64,000 nucleotides of DNA from Candidatus Latescibacterota bacterium (lineage in GTDB: Bacteria; Latescibacterota; UBA2968; UBA8231): positions 640,001 through 704,000 of the forward strand of contig OZ242318.1 of the NCBI GenBank assembly GCA_965208105.1, written 5' to 3'. Of the stretch, positions 1 to 8,874 are shown in pieces. The number at the start of each line of letters is the position of its first letter. The stretch's first letter is position 1. The translations under genes and the position numbers were made by a program. The notes under the pieces were generated by a model that was not told the origin of the DNA, made no database searches, and saw only the letters and a program-made list of their open reading frames with translations.

Positions 1-895
1 AGGGCGGCAGCACCGCGCTCAGATTGGTGGTGCCGAACAGCCGGGTGTGCATGTCGAAGTCCACCTCCTGCCCGCCCTCTCGAGCCCTGTCCACCTGCTC
101 GAGGGCCTGCTCCACCGCCCAGCGTCCGTCCGCGGCGAGGCGCGCCACCACCGAGATGTGGGAGATCTGCAGCGGGACTCCGGCCGCGGCGCCGGCACGG
201 ACCGCCTCTGCGATGGTCTCCCGCGCCTGGCCTTCGAGGTTGCGGGTGTGAGTGGCGTAAAATCCTCCCACTCGCGCTGCTTCCTTGCAGAGCTCGGCGA
301 TCTCCTCCTCCGAGCAGGATCTTTCCGGGCCGTACTCCAGGCCGGTGGAAAAGCCGAAGGCACCCTCCTCCAGGCTCTGCGCCAGCAGCCGCTTCATCCG
401 CGCCAGCTCGTCTGCGGTCGAGGGACGGTCCACCAGCCCGGCCACGGCCAACCGTAGGTTGCCGTTGGGCACCAGGGTGAGCACGTTGAGGGCCGGAGAT
501 GAGCTCTCGAGGCGCTCCAGGTAGCCGGCCATGGTCTTCCAGTCCAGGGCGTGCTCCTGCCTGCACCCGTAAATGTTGGAACGCGCCAGCTCCACGTCGG
601 CGATGGGGGCGCATCCGTGGCCGCAGTTGCCCACCACCTCCAGGGTCACGCCCTGGCTAATCGAGCTGACGGCGCGGGGATCGAGAATCAGGGTGAGGTC
701 GGAGTGACTGTGAATATCGATGAATCCGGGGGCCACGAGCAGCCCGCCGGCCTCCAGGACGGGCACGTCGCCGCCGCACTTCACCGCCCCTACCGCGGCG
801 ATGCGGCCGCGTTCCACGGCCACGTCGGCCGGGTACGGTCTGCCCCCGCTGCCATCGACGACCGTTCCCCCCCGGACCAGCAGATCGATGCCCAT
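1..895 (-). CDS. N-acyl-D-amino-acid deacylase / amidohydrolase (runs off window start)
   Basis: Manual translation from ATG at 895: MGIDLLVRGGTVVDGSG...LVAPGFIDIHSHSD...QGVTLEVVGNCG, the typical D-aminoacylase N-terminus with HxH metal motif. Absent from the ORF track because it has no stop in the window. Confidence 0.9.
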   Translation of the reverse strand, partial: MGIDLLVRGGTVVDGSGGRPYPADVAVERGRIAAVGAVKCGGDVPVLEAGGLLVAPGFIDIHSHSDLTLILDPRAVSSISQGVTLEVVGNCGHGCAPIADVELARSNIYGCRQEHALDWKTMAGYLERLESSSPALNVLTLVPNGNLRLAVAGLVDRPSTADELARMKRLLAQSLEEGAFGFSTGLEYGPERSCSEEEIAELCKEAARVGGFYATHTRNLEGQARETIAEAVRAGAAAGVPLQISHISVVARLAADGRWAVEQALEQVDRAREGGQEVDFDMHTRLFGTTNLSAVLPP

Positions 896-897
896 GC

Positions 898-1066
898 CTA
901 GTCTCCCGGCGCAGAGACAGGTTGACGCAATTGGGCCGCCGAGGCGCCAGGCTCACAAGGCGCCTGAGCGAGTCGTACCCGTGGTGTCCGGCGAGTGAAG
1001 GCAACGCCGTGAGCCGGGATGGATCGGTGGAATAATGGCGACATATTTCTGTGACGGGACACTTAG
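898..1066. mobile_element. MITE-like element copy A (TIR type 1, CTAGTGTCCCGTCGCAGAAATA-like)
   Basis: Imperfect terminal inverted repeats ctagtctcccggcgcagagaca / tatttctgtgacgggacacttag. Near-complete reverse complement of 21577-21744. Confidence 0.85.
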
Positions 1067-2802
1067 CCCTCCCCCTGCATCCTGTGGCGCCGCCGCAACG
1101 CCGCGGTGGCTTCCTGGTCCACCTCCATGGTCTCCTCGTCGAGCACCACCCCGTACTGGCCGCGCGCCGCCTGCAGCCCCACCTTGTCGTTGCGCACGTC
1201 CCGCGCCACTGCCTCCGGGGCGCGGTCCAGCGGATCCCCCCACCCCCCTGCGCCCGCCTGCCGGTGGTAGAGCACCTGCCCCTCCTTCATGGTGGTGGAG
1301 ATCATGACGGGCAGCCTCCTCTCCCCGTCCCTATCGTGCAACACGTTGATCGAACCAGCTCCTTCCCCACCGCCGTATAGTCCGTAGGGGAGGTGCTTTC
1401 TGCGGTCCGAGCGGATGGCCAGATGGGTCTCGCCCGCAAGCAGGGTCCACTCGCGCTCCAATCCCAGGCCGCCGCGGAATTTGCCCGCACCGCCGCTGTC
1501 CTTAACCAGGCCATAGCGGTTGATGCGCACCGGGTACTCGGACTCTGCCTGCTCGATGGGGATGTTGCTGGCCACGTTGGCCGGGTTGCACAGCCCGTCG
1601 TTGCCGTCGCGGTCGGGCCGCGCTCCCCATGTGCCCGAAAGCAGCTCGTAGTAGACGTAGGGGGAGCGGTCCTCGCGCTGACCGCCGATGACCACCAGGG
1701 TATTGCCCCCTTCCCCGGCGGCCGGAATGCGCTCGGGCAGAATTCCGGCCAGGGCACCGAACAAGGTATCCACCAGCCTGAAACCGGTGACCCCTCGCAT
1801 TGAAGAGGCGCCGGGCATGACCACGTTGGTCACCGTGCCCGGGGGTGCGATGATGTTGAGGGGCTTGAACATGCCGGCCGTATTGGGGATGTCCTCGCGC
1901 AGGGCGCAACGCACGCACAGGGCCACCGCCGACACCGTGAAGGAACGCGTGCAGTTGAGCGCGCCGCGGACCTGGGCGTCCGAGCCGGTGAAATCGGCGG
2001 TCAGAGTGTCGCCTTCGACGGTCACCTTCACCTGCAGGCGCACCCTCGTTTCGTCCACCCCGTCGCTGTCCATGTAGTCGGTGAAGCTGTGGGAGCCGTC
2101 TGGCCACGAAGCGATCTCGGCGCGCATCAGACGCTCGGTATAGGCGATCAGATCGGCGGAACACTCCACGAAGGTCCGGGCTCCATAGCGCCCGATCAAC
2201 TGGTGGACCGCGTCCTCGCCCACGTTGCAGGCCGCCACCTGGGCGCGCAGGTCTCCCAGGGTCATGCGCGGAACCCGCACGTTTGCGCGCAGCAGGGTGT
2301 CGATGGCCTCGTCCAGCTCGCCTCGGCGATAGAGCTTCAACCAGGGAATGCGCAAACCATCCTGGAAGACCTCCGTGTTGTCGCACGCGGAGCTTCCGGG
2401 CAGGCGTCCGCCCAGATCGAGGTGGTGAGCCGTGCTCACCGCGAAGGCGACCCGCTCTCCCTCCCAGAACACCGGCTTGACGATGAAGATATCGGGAATG
2501 TGCATGCCCCCGTCGAAGGGATCGTTCATGATGAAGACGTCTCCGGGCTCGATATCCCCATCATCGAATTTCTTCAGCAGGGTCTCCATCGCCGCGGGCA
2601 CCGACCCCATGTGGAAGGGAATGGTGACTCCCTGGGCGATCATCTCCCCGCGGCCGTCGCACAGGGAGGTGGAGTAGTCGAGGCAATCGCGCACGATGGT
2701 CGAGTAGGCGGTGCGGTAGAGGGCCAGGGACATCTGGTCGGCCGCGGCCGACAGGGCGTTGCGGATGATCTCGCGGCTGATGGGATCGATTTCAGACATC
2801 AT
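1063..2802 (-). CDS. hyuB: Hydantoinase B / 5-oxoprolinase family protein
   Basis: IDPISREIIRNAL, NDPFDGGMHIPD, GGAGKFRGGLG, GAGGWGDPLDR motifs. Confidence 0.93.
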   Translation of the reverse strand: MMSEIDPISREIIRNALSAAADQMSLALYRTAYSTIVRDCLDYSTSLCDGRGEMIAQGVTIPFHMGSVPAAMETLLKKFDDGDIEPGDVFIMNDPFDGGMHIPDIFIVKPVFWEGERVAFAVSTAHHLDLGGRLPGSSACDNTEVFQDGLRIPWLKLYRRGELDEAIDTLLRANVRVPRMTLGDLRAQVAACNVGEDAVHQLIGRYGARTFVECSADLIAYTERLMRAEIASWPDGSHSFTDYMDSDGVDETRVRLQVKVTVEGDTLTADFTGSDAQVRGALNCTRSFTVSAVALCVRCALREDIPNTAGMFKPLNIIAPPGTVTNVVMPGASSMRGVTGFRLVDTLFGALAGILPERIPAAGEGGNTLVVIGGQREDRSPYVYYELLSGTWGARPDRDGNDGLCNPANVASNIPIEQAESEYPVRINRYGLVKDSGGAGKFRGGLGLEREWTLLAGETHLAIRSDRRKHLPYGLYGGGEGAGSINVLHDRDGERRLPVMISTTMKEGQVLYHRQAGAGGWGDPLDRAPEAVARDVRNDKVGLQAARGQYGVVLDEETMEVDQEATAALRRRHRMQGEG

Positions 2803-4885
2803 TAAGGTCCATTACGATGTTGCCATGTTGGTCGAGGCTGGCGCGCACTCGGGGAGGGACCACGATGGTCGAGTCGTACTCGTCGATGAGGACCGGTCCG
2901 TCCTGAGGCCGGTGCAGAGCGCTGCGCTCAAGAACGGGTGCATCGATGCGGTCCCCGTCGAAGTAGGCCTGCCGCTTCGGTTCATTCTGCCCCGGACGGA
3001 CCGCCGGCTTGAGGGCTTGTTCCTGCCCGCGCGCTCCCGCCCTGCCCACCAAACGGACGGCCACCACCTCGATGGGATTCTCCGCATCGGAGCGGTGGCC
3101 ATAGAGCTGCTCGTGCTCCGCTTCGAAGGATCCGCACAGCGCTACAACGGTTCCTGCATCGACGCGGCCACCCTCCAGGGGAATGCGGATCTCCGAGGTC
3201 TGCCCCTTGAAGCGCACATCGAAGCTGCAGCCCATCTCGACCTGCCCGGCCCCGTACCCTTCGCCGGCGAACTGCGCCAGCATGTCCTTCTCCATTTCGG
3301 CGCGGATGCGCTGCAAGGCTTCAGCCCTGAGGTCGTCGCCGGAAAGCAGGCAACTGCGCACCTGGTGGTGCTCGATGCCGGAAAACAGGAGTCCCAGGGC
3401 GCTGAAAAGGCCGGGCAGTGGGGGCACTATCACCCGGGACACCGAGAGCTCGCGAGCCAATCCCGCGGCGTGAATCGGACCCGAGCCGCCGAAGGCCAGG
3501 AGCGCGAAATCCCGCGGATCCCGCCCGCGCTCGGTGGACACCGAGCGCAGCGCCCGCATGGTGCGCGCGTTGCCGATGCGGTGAATCCCCGCCGCCGCCT
3601 GCATCAACTCGAGATTCAGGGGGGCGGCGATTCCACCGGCGACGGCGCTTTCGGCGGCATTCCTGTCGATGCTGACCTCGCCGTCGGCCAGGTCTCCGGG
3701 ACGGATATAGCCAAGGACCACGTTGGCGTCGGTGATGGTGGGTTCGCTGCCTCCGCGCTGATAGCATACCGGCCCCGGCAGGGCCCCGGCGCTGCGCGGT
3801 CCGACGCGAAGTCCGCCTGCACGGTCAAGGTAGGCGATGCTGCCCCCGCCGGCGCCGACCTCGGCGATGTCGATGCTCGGCGCCCGGATCAACTCACCGC
3901 CCCCTCCCACCAGGCGGGTCACCGACGACAGGGAGGCTCCCACCTCGTATTCCGGGCTGTAGTCGATGGCTCCGCCCTCGATCATCGCCGCCTTGGCGGT
4001 GGTGCCCCCCATGTCCAGGGTGATGACGTTTTCGATTCCCAGGCGTTCGGCGCAGAACGCGGCGGCCAGGACTCCCGCCGCCGGCCCGGATTCCAGCATG
4101 AATACCGGGCGCCGGGCGGCGTCCTCGTCCGGGGTCAGGCCCCCGGCCGACTGCATGATCAGCAGCGGCGCCTCGACCTCCATGGCCCGCAGGCCGTCGC
4201 GCATGGCGCGCAGGTAGCCGCGCATGATGGGACGCACGTAGGCATTGACGACGGTAGTCGCGGTGCGCTCGTACTCCCTGCGCTCCGGCAGCACTTCGCA
4301 TGACAGGGAGACAGGAAGGTGCGGCATCCTCCCGCGGAGAAACTCGCCGACGGCCAACTCGTGCCGGGGAAAGGCATAGGCGTGGAGGAAGCAGACGGCT
4401 ACGGACTCCACCCTTTCCTCTTCAAGTCTTCCTGCCAGGTGGCGCAACTGCTCCTCGTCCAGGGGAACGAGGACCTCGCCGGCGGCGCTTATGCGCTCGT
4501 CGACCTCGAAACGCAGAGAGCGCTCGACGAGGATTTCGGGCTTGTCGAAGAACAGGTCGTAGATCTGGGGCGCGCGGATGCGGCGCAACTCGAGCACGTC
4601 GCGGAACCCCCGGGTGGTGATCAACGCGGTCCTCGCCCCCTGGTGCTCCAGCACCGCGTTCGTCGCCACCGTGGTTCCGTGGGCAACCTCGCAAACCGCC
4701 GAGCCGTCCACCGCGGCCCTTTGCAGCAGTCCCGCGCTGGCCTGCAGAACGGCCTGCTCGAAGTCGGGAGGAGTCGAAGGGACCTTGTGGGTCCAGATAT
4801 TCCCCTGGTCGTCGAGGAGGACGACATCGGTGAATGTGCCTCCTACGTCGGCGCCGAGGCGCATGTTTCTGCGAGCGGCGGTCAA
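2792..4885 (-). CDS. hyuA: Hydantoinase A / 5-oxoprolinase family protein (start may be ATG 4864)
   Basis: GADVGGTFTD, HGTTVATNA, ESGPAAG, DMGGTT, GAGGGSIA motifs. Overlaps hyuB start. Confidence 0.93.
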   Translation of the reverse strand: MTAARRNMRLGADVGGTFTDVVLLDDQGNIWTHKVPSTPPDFEQAVLQASAGLLQRAAVDGSAVCEVAHGTTVATNAVLEHQGARTALITTRGFRDVLELRRIRAPQIYDLFFDKPEILVERSLRFEVDERISAAGEVLVPLDEEQLRHLAGRLEEERVESVAVCFLHAYAFPRHELAVGEFLRGRMPHLPVSLSCEVLPERREYERTATTVVNAYVRPIMRGYLRAMRDGLRAMEVEAPLLIMQSAGGLTPDEDAARRPVFMLESGPAAGVLAAAFCAERLGIENVITLDMGGTTAKAAMIEGGAIDYSPEYEVGASLSSVTRLVGGGGELIRAPSIDIAEVGAGGGSIAYLDRAGGLRVGPRSAGALPGPVCYQRGGSEPTITDANVVLGYIRPGDLADGEVSIDRNAAESAVAGGIAAPLNLELMQAAAGIHRIGNARTMRALRSVSTERGRDPRDFALLAFGGSGPIHAAGLARELSVSRVIVPPLPGLFSALGLLFSGIEHHQVRSCLLSGDDLRAEALQRIRAEMEKDMLAQFAGEGYGAGQVEMGCSFDVRFKGQTSEIRIPLEGGRVDAGTVVALCGSFEAEHEQLYGHRSDAENPIEVVAVRLVGRAGARGQEQALKPAVRPGQNEPKRQAYFDGDRIDAPVLERSALHRPQDGPVLIDEYDSTIVVPPRVRASLDQHGNIVMDLNDV

Positions 4886-4918
4886 TGCTGAAAGTTCGTC
4901 AAGGTTGGATTTGGCCTT

Positions 4919-6481
4919 TCAGTCAAGCGGATCGAAGAAGGTCAGATCGGCGCCGAAGTTGTCCATGCAAACCACCGCGTCGCCCCGCATCCTCACCCGG
5001 ATCGACCTGCTGCGGTGCTCGAGGACGAGTTCCTCCCCGGCAAGGGGGAAGTCGAAGGTCAGAGTGCGGTTGAGAGGCGGCCGGGAAATGAAAAGATAGC
5101 CGCCGGTTTGTAGCGGCTTCTCTGCCTTCCCTTCCACCTCGACCTGTTGTGGATCGGCCCATGCCGGCAGGCGCACGAAGAGCGGACCGGGCCGCTTCAC
5201 CCGGATGCCCAGAGCCGGATGGGTGTAGGGAGACTCGATTTCAAGGTCTTCGGTCTCGTGGTCGAAGAACAGGTTTGCCCAATGGCCCGCCTCGTCGCTG
5301 CGCGCCACTTCCCCGTAGGCGGCGCACAGGGACCCCACCGCTCCGCCGACGATGTCCATGTTGAAGCTCAGGGACTCGAGGCCCGCGGGCTGGTGCCCGT
5401 AGGGGGCAGGAAAGCCGTAGGCCCCCAGGTGGCGCTGCGCCACGTCGCGCCTGCCGTCCTCGCCGCGGGGATTGGGCGGGTCCTCGATGAAGGCGGTGTC
5501 GCGCAACTGGGACGGCAGCAGATGCCCGCGCAGAATGCGCTCCGCATCCTGGTAATACTCCGGGTAGCCCCATCGCCCAAGGATCAGCGCCGTTTCCACG
5601 ATGTCGCCGCTGTTGTTTGCCTCGCCCTTGTCCGGGTTGCTCGAGTCCCCGCTGTCTTCCACCACCCAGCCCAACTGGTCGCGGATTTCCCACAACCCCT
5701 TGTCGTAAAAGGCCCGCACCCGCTCCAGCAGGCACCCGTCCCCGGTCAGATCGGCCAATTGCGCCAGCGACGACATGACGCAGGTGGTGGAATGGGTGTG
5801 GGTGCCGAACGACTCCGGGTCATAGCCGCCGTCCTCCCTGAAATACTCCAGGGCCTTTTCCTTGAGCACCAGGGCCAGCTCCAGGGCGGACTCGAGCCCG
5901 GTGGTCCTGTATAGTTTCACCAGGGGGCCTATGGCGCGCCCCAGGCCGGAGATGAAGCCCGAGCGGCGCACCTCCAGCCCAGGCTTCCCCTGCAGGCGAG
6001 CGCAATCCCATCCCTTCTCGGCATCCCAGTACTCGAAGATGGCGGCGATGGAGGCGGCGGCCAGGTCGATTGCCCGCTCCGAGCCGCGCATGGCCGCCAG
6101 GGAGTAGAGCGCGTGGAAACCCTCGCGCACGTTGTGCGGGATGAAATTGACCAGGGCGCCTCCCGGAGCGGCGCGATTGAGGGGCAAAGGCAGCGGTCCG
6201 CCGTAGGAGAAGAAAGCGGCGCGGGCGTGCTTGTCGATGCAGTCCTCGTCCAGGCGGACGCCGGCGGCAGCCTCGGCGTTGAGCAGGGCGTTGAGGTGGC
6301 GGCCGGGGACATGGGACTCGGAGTGGACCGGGCTGAAATTCAGGCAGGCATCGGGCCTGACGCGGGAGCCGAAAAAGGGAACGTCCCCGTCGTCGGCGTT
6401 GAAGACGCTGCCCATGGTGCGGCATCCCAGCCGGATGGCCGCGAGGATGTCGGTGGTGTTGACGTGGCGCAGCTTGCTCAT
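4919..6481 (-). CDS. Hypothetical protein, probable (alpha/alpha)6-barrel GH127/GH146-like
   Basis: 520-aa ORF. GEANNSGDIVETAL...YYQDAERILRGHL and a C-terminal VRLPAWA beta-region resemble beta-L-arabinofuranosidase-like proteins. Confidence 0.5.
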   Translation of the reverse strand: MSKLRHVNTTDILAAIRLGCRTMGSVFNADDGDVPFFGSRVRPDACLNFSPVHSESHVPGRHLNALLNAEAAAGVRLDEDCIDKHARAAFFSYGGPLPLPLNRAAPGGALVNFIPHNVREGFHALYSLAAMRGSERAIDLAAASIAAIFEYWDAEKGWDCARLQGKPGLEVRRSGFISGLGRAIGPLVKLYRTTGLESALELALVLKEKALEYFREDGGYDPESFGTHTHSTTCVMSSLAQLADLTGDGCLLERVRAFYDKGLWEIRDQLGWVVEDSGDSSNPDKGEANNSGDIVETALILGRWGYPEYYQDAERILRGHLLPSQLRDTAFIEDPPNPRGEDGRRDVAQRHLGAYGFPAPYGHQPAGLESLSFNMDIVGGAVGSLCAAYGEVARSDEAGHWANLFFDHETEDLEIESPYTHPALGIRVKRPGPLFVRLPAWADPQQVEVEGKAEKPLQTGGYLFISRPPLNRTLTFDFPLAGEELVLEHRSRSIRVRMRGDAVVCMDNFGADLTFFDPLD

Positions 6482-6502
6482 CGTGCTTCCCGGATCGCGT
6501 TC

Positions 6503-7396
6503 TCAGCTCGGCGGCGCATCGTGGGCCCGCCTGGCGGACAGGATGGTGTTGTGAAGCAGCATGGCAATGGTCATGGGACCCACGCCTCCCGGAACCGGGG
6601 TGATGGCGCCGGCCTTCCGGCGCACTTCCTCGTAGTCCACGTCGCCGACGATGCGCCAGCCGCGCTCCCGTCCGGGGTCATCGAGGCGGTTGACCCCAAC
6701 GTCTATCACCACCGCCCCTTCCTTGACCATATCCGCACTGATGGCGCGGGGCCGGCCGGCAGCGACGACGAGAATATCGGCCTGGCTGGTGAAGTGTTTC
6801 AGGTTCCGGGTGGCGGTATGGCACACGGTGACCGTCGCGTTTGCTCCGGCGCTTTTCTGCAGCAGGATATTGGCCAGAGGCCGTCCCACCAGAATGCTGC
6901 GCCCGACGACGACCACGTGCCTGCCCTCCACGTCGATGCCGCTGCGCTGAATGAGCTGCTGCACGCCGAAGGGGGTGCAGGGCAGAAACCCCTCTTCCTG
7001 CCGCATCAGGCGCCCCAGGTTGACCGGGTGCAGGCCGTCCACGTCCTTGTCGGGGTCCACCGCGTTCAGTATCCGGCCTTCGTCCAGGCCGGGAAGAGGA
7101 ACCTGAACCAGGATGCCGTGGATGGAAGCATCTCCGTTGAGATCCTCGACCGCGCCGAGCAACTCGCCCTCTGGAATCCCGGCGGCGAACCTGCGTTCCT
7201 GCGAGTGGATTCCCACCTCCCTGCAGGCCCGCCGCTTGCCGGCAACGTAAGAGGCGGAAGCCGGGTCATCCCCGACCAGCACCACGGCGAGACCGGGCAC
7301 GACGCCGTGCTCTTTTCCCAGGTTCTCCACCTCGGCCTTCATCTCCCGGCGCATCTGCGCCGCCACCTTCTTCCCGCTCAGCCTCCTTGCCGCCAA
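6503..7396 (-). CDS. folD: Bifunctional methylenetetrahydrofolate dehydrogenase/cyclohydrolase
   Basis: KDVDGLHP, PCTPFG, GRSILVGRP, ITPVPGGVGPMT motifs. Likely TTG start at 7396. Confidence 0.97.
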   Translation of the reverse strand: MAARRLSGKKVAAQMRREMKAEVENLGKEHGVVPGLAVVLVGDDPASASYVAGKRRACREVGIHSQERRFAAGIPEGELLGAVEDLNGDASIHGILVQVPLPGLDEGRILNAVDPDKDVDGLHPVNLGRLMRQEEGFLPCTPFGVQQLIQRSGIDVEGRHVVVVGRSILVGRPLANILLQKSAGANATVTVCHTATRNLKHFTSQADILVVAAGRPRAISADMVKEGAVVIDVGVNRLDDPGRERGWRIVGDVDYEEVRRKAGAITPVPGGVGPMTIAMLLHNTILSARRAHDAPPS

Positions 7397-7400
7397 CGCC

Positions 7401-8774
7401 CTACCTGTCCCTTCCTCCCCTTCCGGGCTCGATTCGGTCTTTTCCGACCACCTCCCGCAGCACATCGGGGACCATTACCGCGGAGCCTTTCTGCTGATAG
7501 TTGTCCATGATGGCGATCAGCATGCGGCCCATGGCGCAGCCCGTGTCGTTGACTGTATGGCAGAACCGCGGCCTTCCTCTCCCGTCCTTGTAGCGCACGT
7601 TCAGCCGCCGGGCCTGGTAGTCCGTGGTGTTGGTGTCGGTCATGACTTCCATGTACTCGCGCGATCCGGAGAGCCACACATCCAGGTCGCGCTGGCGGTG
7701 GCTGGCCAGATAGCCTGCGTCTCCGGAGCATTTGTCAACCACCCGGTAGGGCAGCTCCAGGGTCTGCAGCAGCCACTCGTTGATCTCGCCGAACTCCTGG
7801 TAGATGGCCTCGGACTGGTCCTCCGCGCACACCGAGTTCATCTCGATTTTGTCGAACTGGTGCAACCGCTTGATCCCCTTGACGTCCTTGCCCCAGGAGC
7901 CGGCCTCCGAGCGGAAACAGACGGTGGCGGCGAATAGCCGCAGGGGGAGCTGCTCGCGGGCCAGGGTCCGGTCCATGAAGTAGCTGAAGTTGGCCGGCTC
8001 CGACGAGCCCACGAGAAAGAGCTCGGCGCCTTCCTCGACGTTGTCGCTGCGGATGGCATAGACCTGGTCGCGGCCCTCGGGGAAGTGGGAGGTGCCGTAG
8101 AGCGAGCGGTCGCGCACCAGAAGCGGGGGTATCATCATCTCGTAGCCGCGGCGCAGGAGCTCGTCGGTGAGAAGCCGGGTAAGGGCGTACTGCATCAAGG
8201 CCACGTCGCCGCGCAGAAAGGCAAAGCGCGAGCCCGAGACCTTGGCCGCCTGCAAGGTATCCACCCCACCCAGCAGTGGACCCAGTTCGGCGTGGTGCAC
8301 CGGCTCGAAGTCGGCGTCGGCGTGGCAGGGCGCCTGTGGCATGGCCTCCCGGCTGGCATCGCCGGCTCCCAGCAGGGCGCGGTCCAGGTACCCCGAACCG
8401 GGGACCCAGGCCTTTTCCTCGACGTTGTCCTCCTCACCCTCCCCCCGCGGCATGTCCGGGTGCGGCCAGTTGGGGAACCAGTCGAGTATCTCCTGCCATT
8501 CGCCCCCAACCCGCGCCATTTCCCGGGCCATCCGGCGGCCTTCCTCGCGCAGTTCCTGGCCCTTGCGGCGCGCCGCTTCCGGATCGCTCCTGCCCAGCCT
8601 GGCCAACTGCTTCTTCTCCTGGTTGAGGCGGTCCACGGCTACCTGCAACTGGCGTTTCCTGGCGTCCAGCTGCATCCAGCGGTCCAGGTCGGCTTTGTCC
8701 GGATCCACCCGGCGCGCGCGGATGGCCTCGCGCAGGGCTTCGGGATTTGTCCGTATTTCCTTTGCGTCTATCAT
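7401..8774 (-). CDS. serS: Serine--tRNA ligase (divergent)
   Basis: N-terminal coiled coil; motif 2 FRSEAGSWGKDVKGIKRLHQFDKIE; DYQARRL; motif 3 GRMLIAIMDNYQQ. Confidence 0.93.
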   Translation of the reverse strand: MIDAKEIRTNPEALREAIRARRVDPDKADLDRWMQLDARKRQLQVAVDRLNQEKKQLARLGRSDPEAARRKGQELREEGRRMAREMARVGGEWQEILDWFPNWPHPDMPRGEGEEDNVEEKAWVPGSGYLDRALLGAGDASREAMPQAPCHADADFEPVHHAELGPLLGGVDTLQAAKVSGSRFAFLRGDVALMQYALTRLLTDELLRRGYEMMIPPLLVRDRSLYGTSHFPEGRDQVYAIRSDNVEEGAELFLVGSSEPANFSYFMDRTLAREQLPLRLFAATVCFRSEAGSWGKDVKGIKRLHQFDKIEMNSVCAEDQSEAIYQEFGEINEWLLQTLELPYRVVDKCSGDAGYLASHRQRDLDVWLSGSREYMEVMTDTNTTDYQARRLNVRYKDGRGRPRFCHTVNDTGCAMGRMLIAIMDNYQQKGSAVMVPDVLREVVGKDRIEPGRGGRDR

Positions 8775-8874
8775 GATTTACCCCGAATGATTTACCCAGA
8801 GCGAATCTCGCGGCTTCCCTCTCCATCAAAAAACGGGGATGCGCCCGAAAACCGCAACCTGGACCGCCTTTCTT

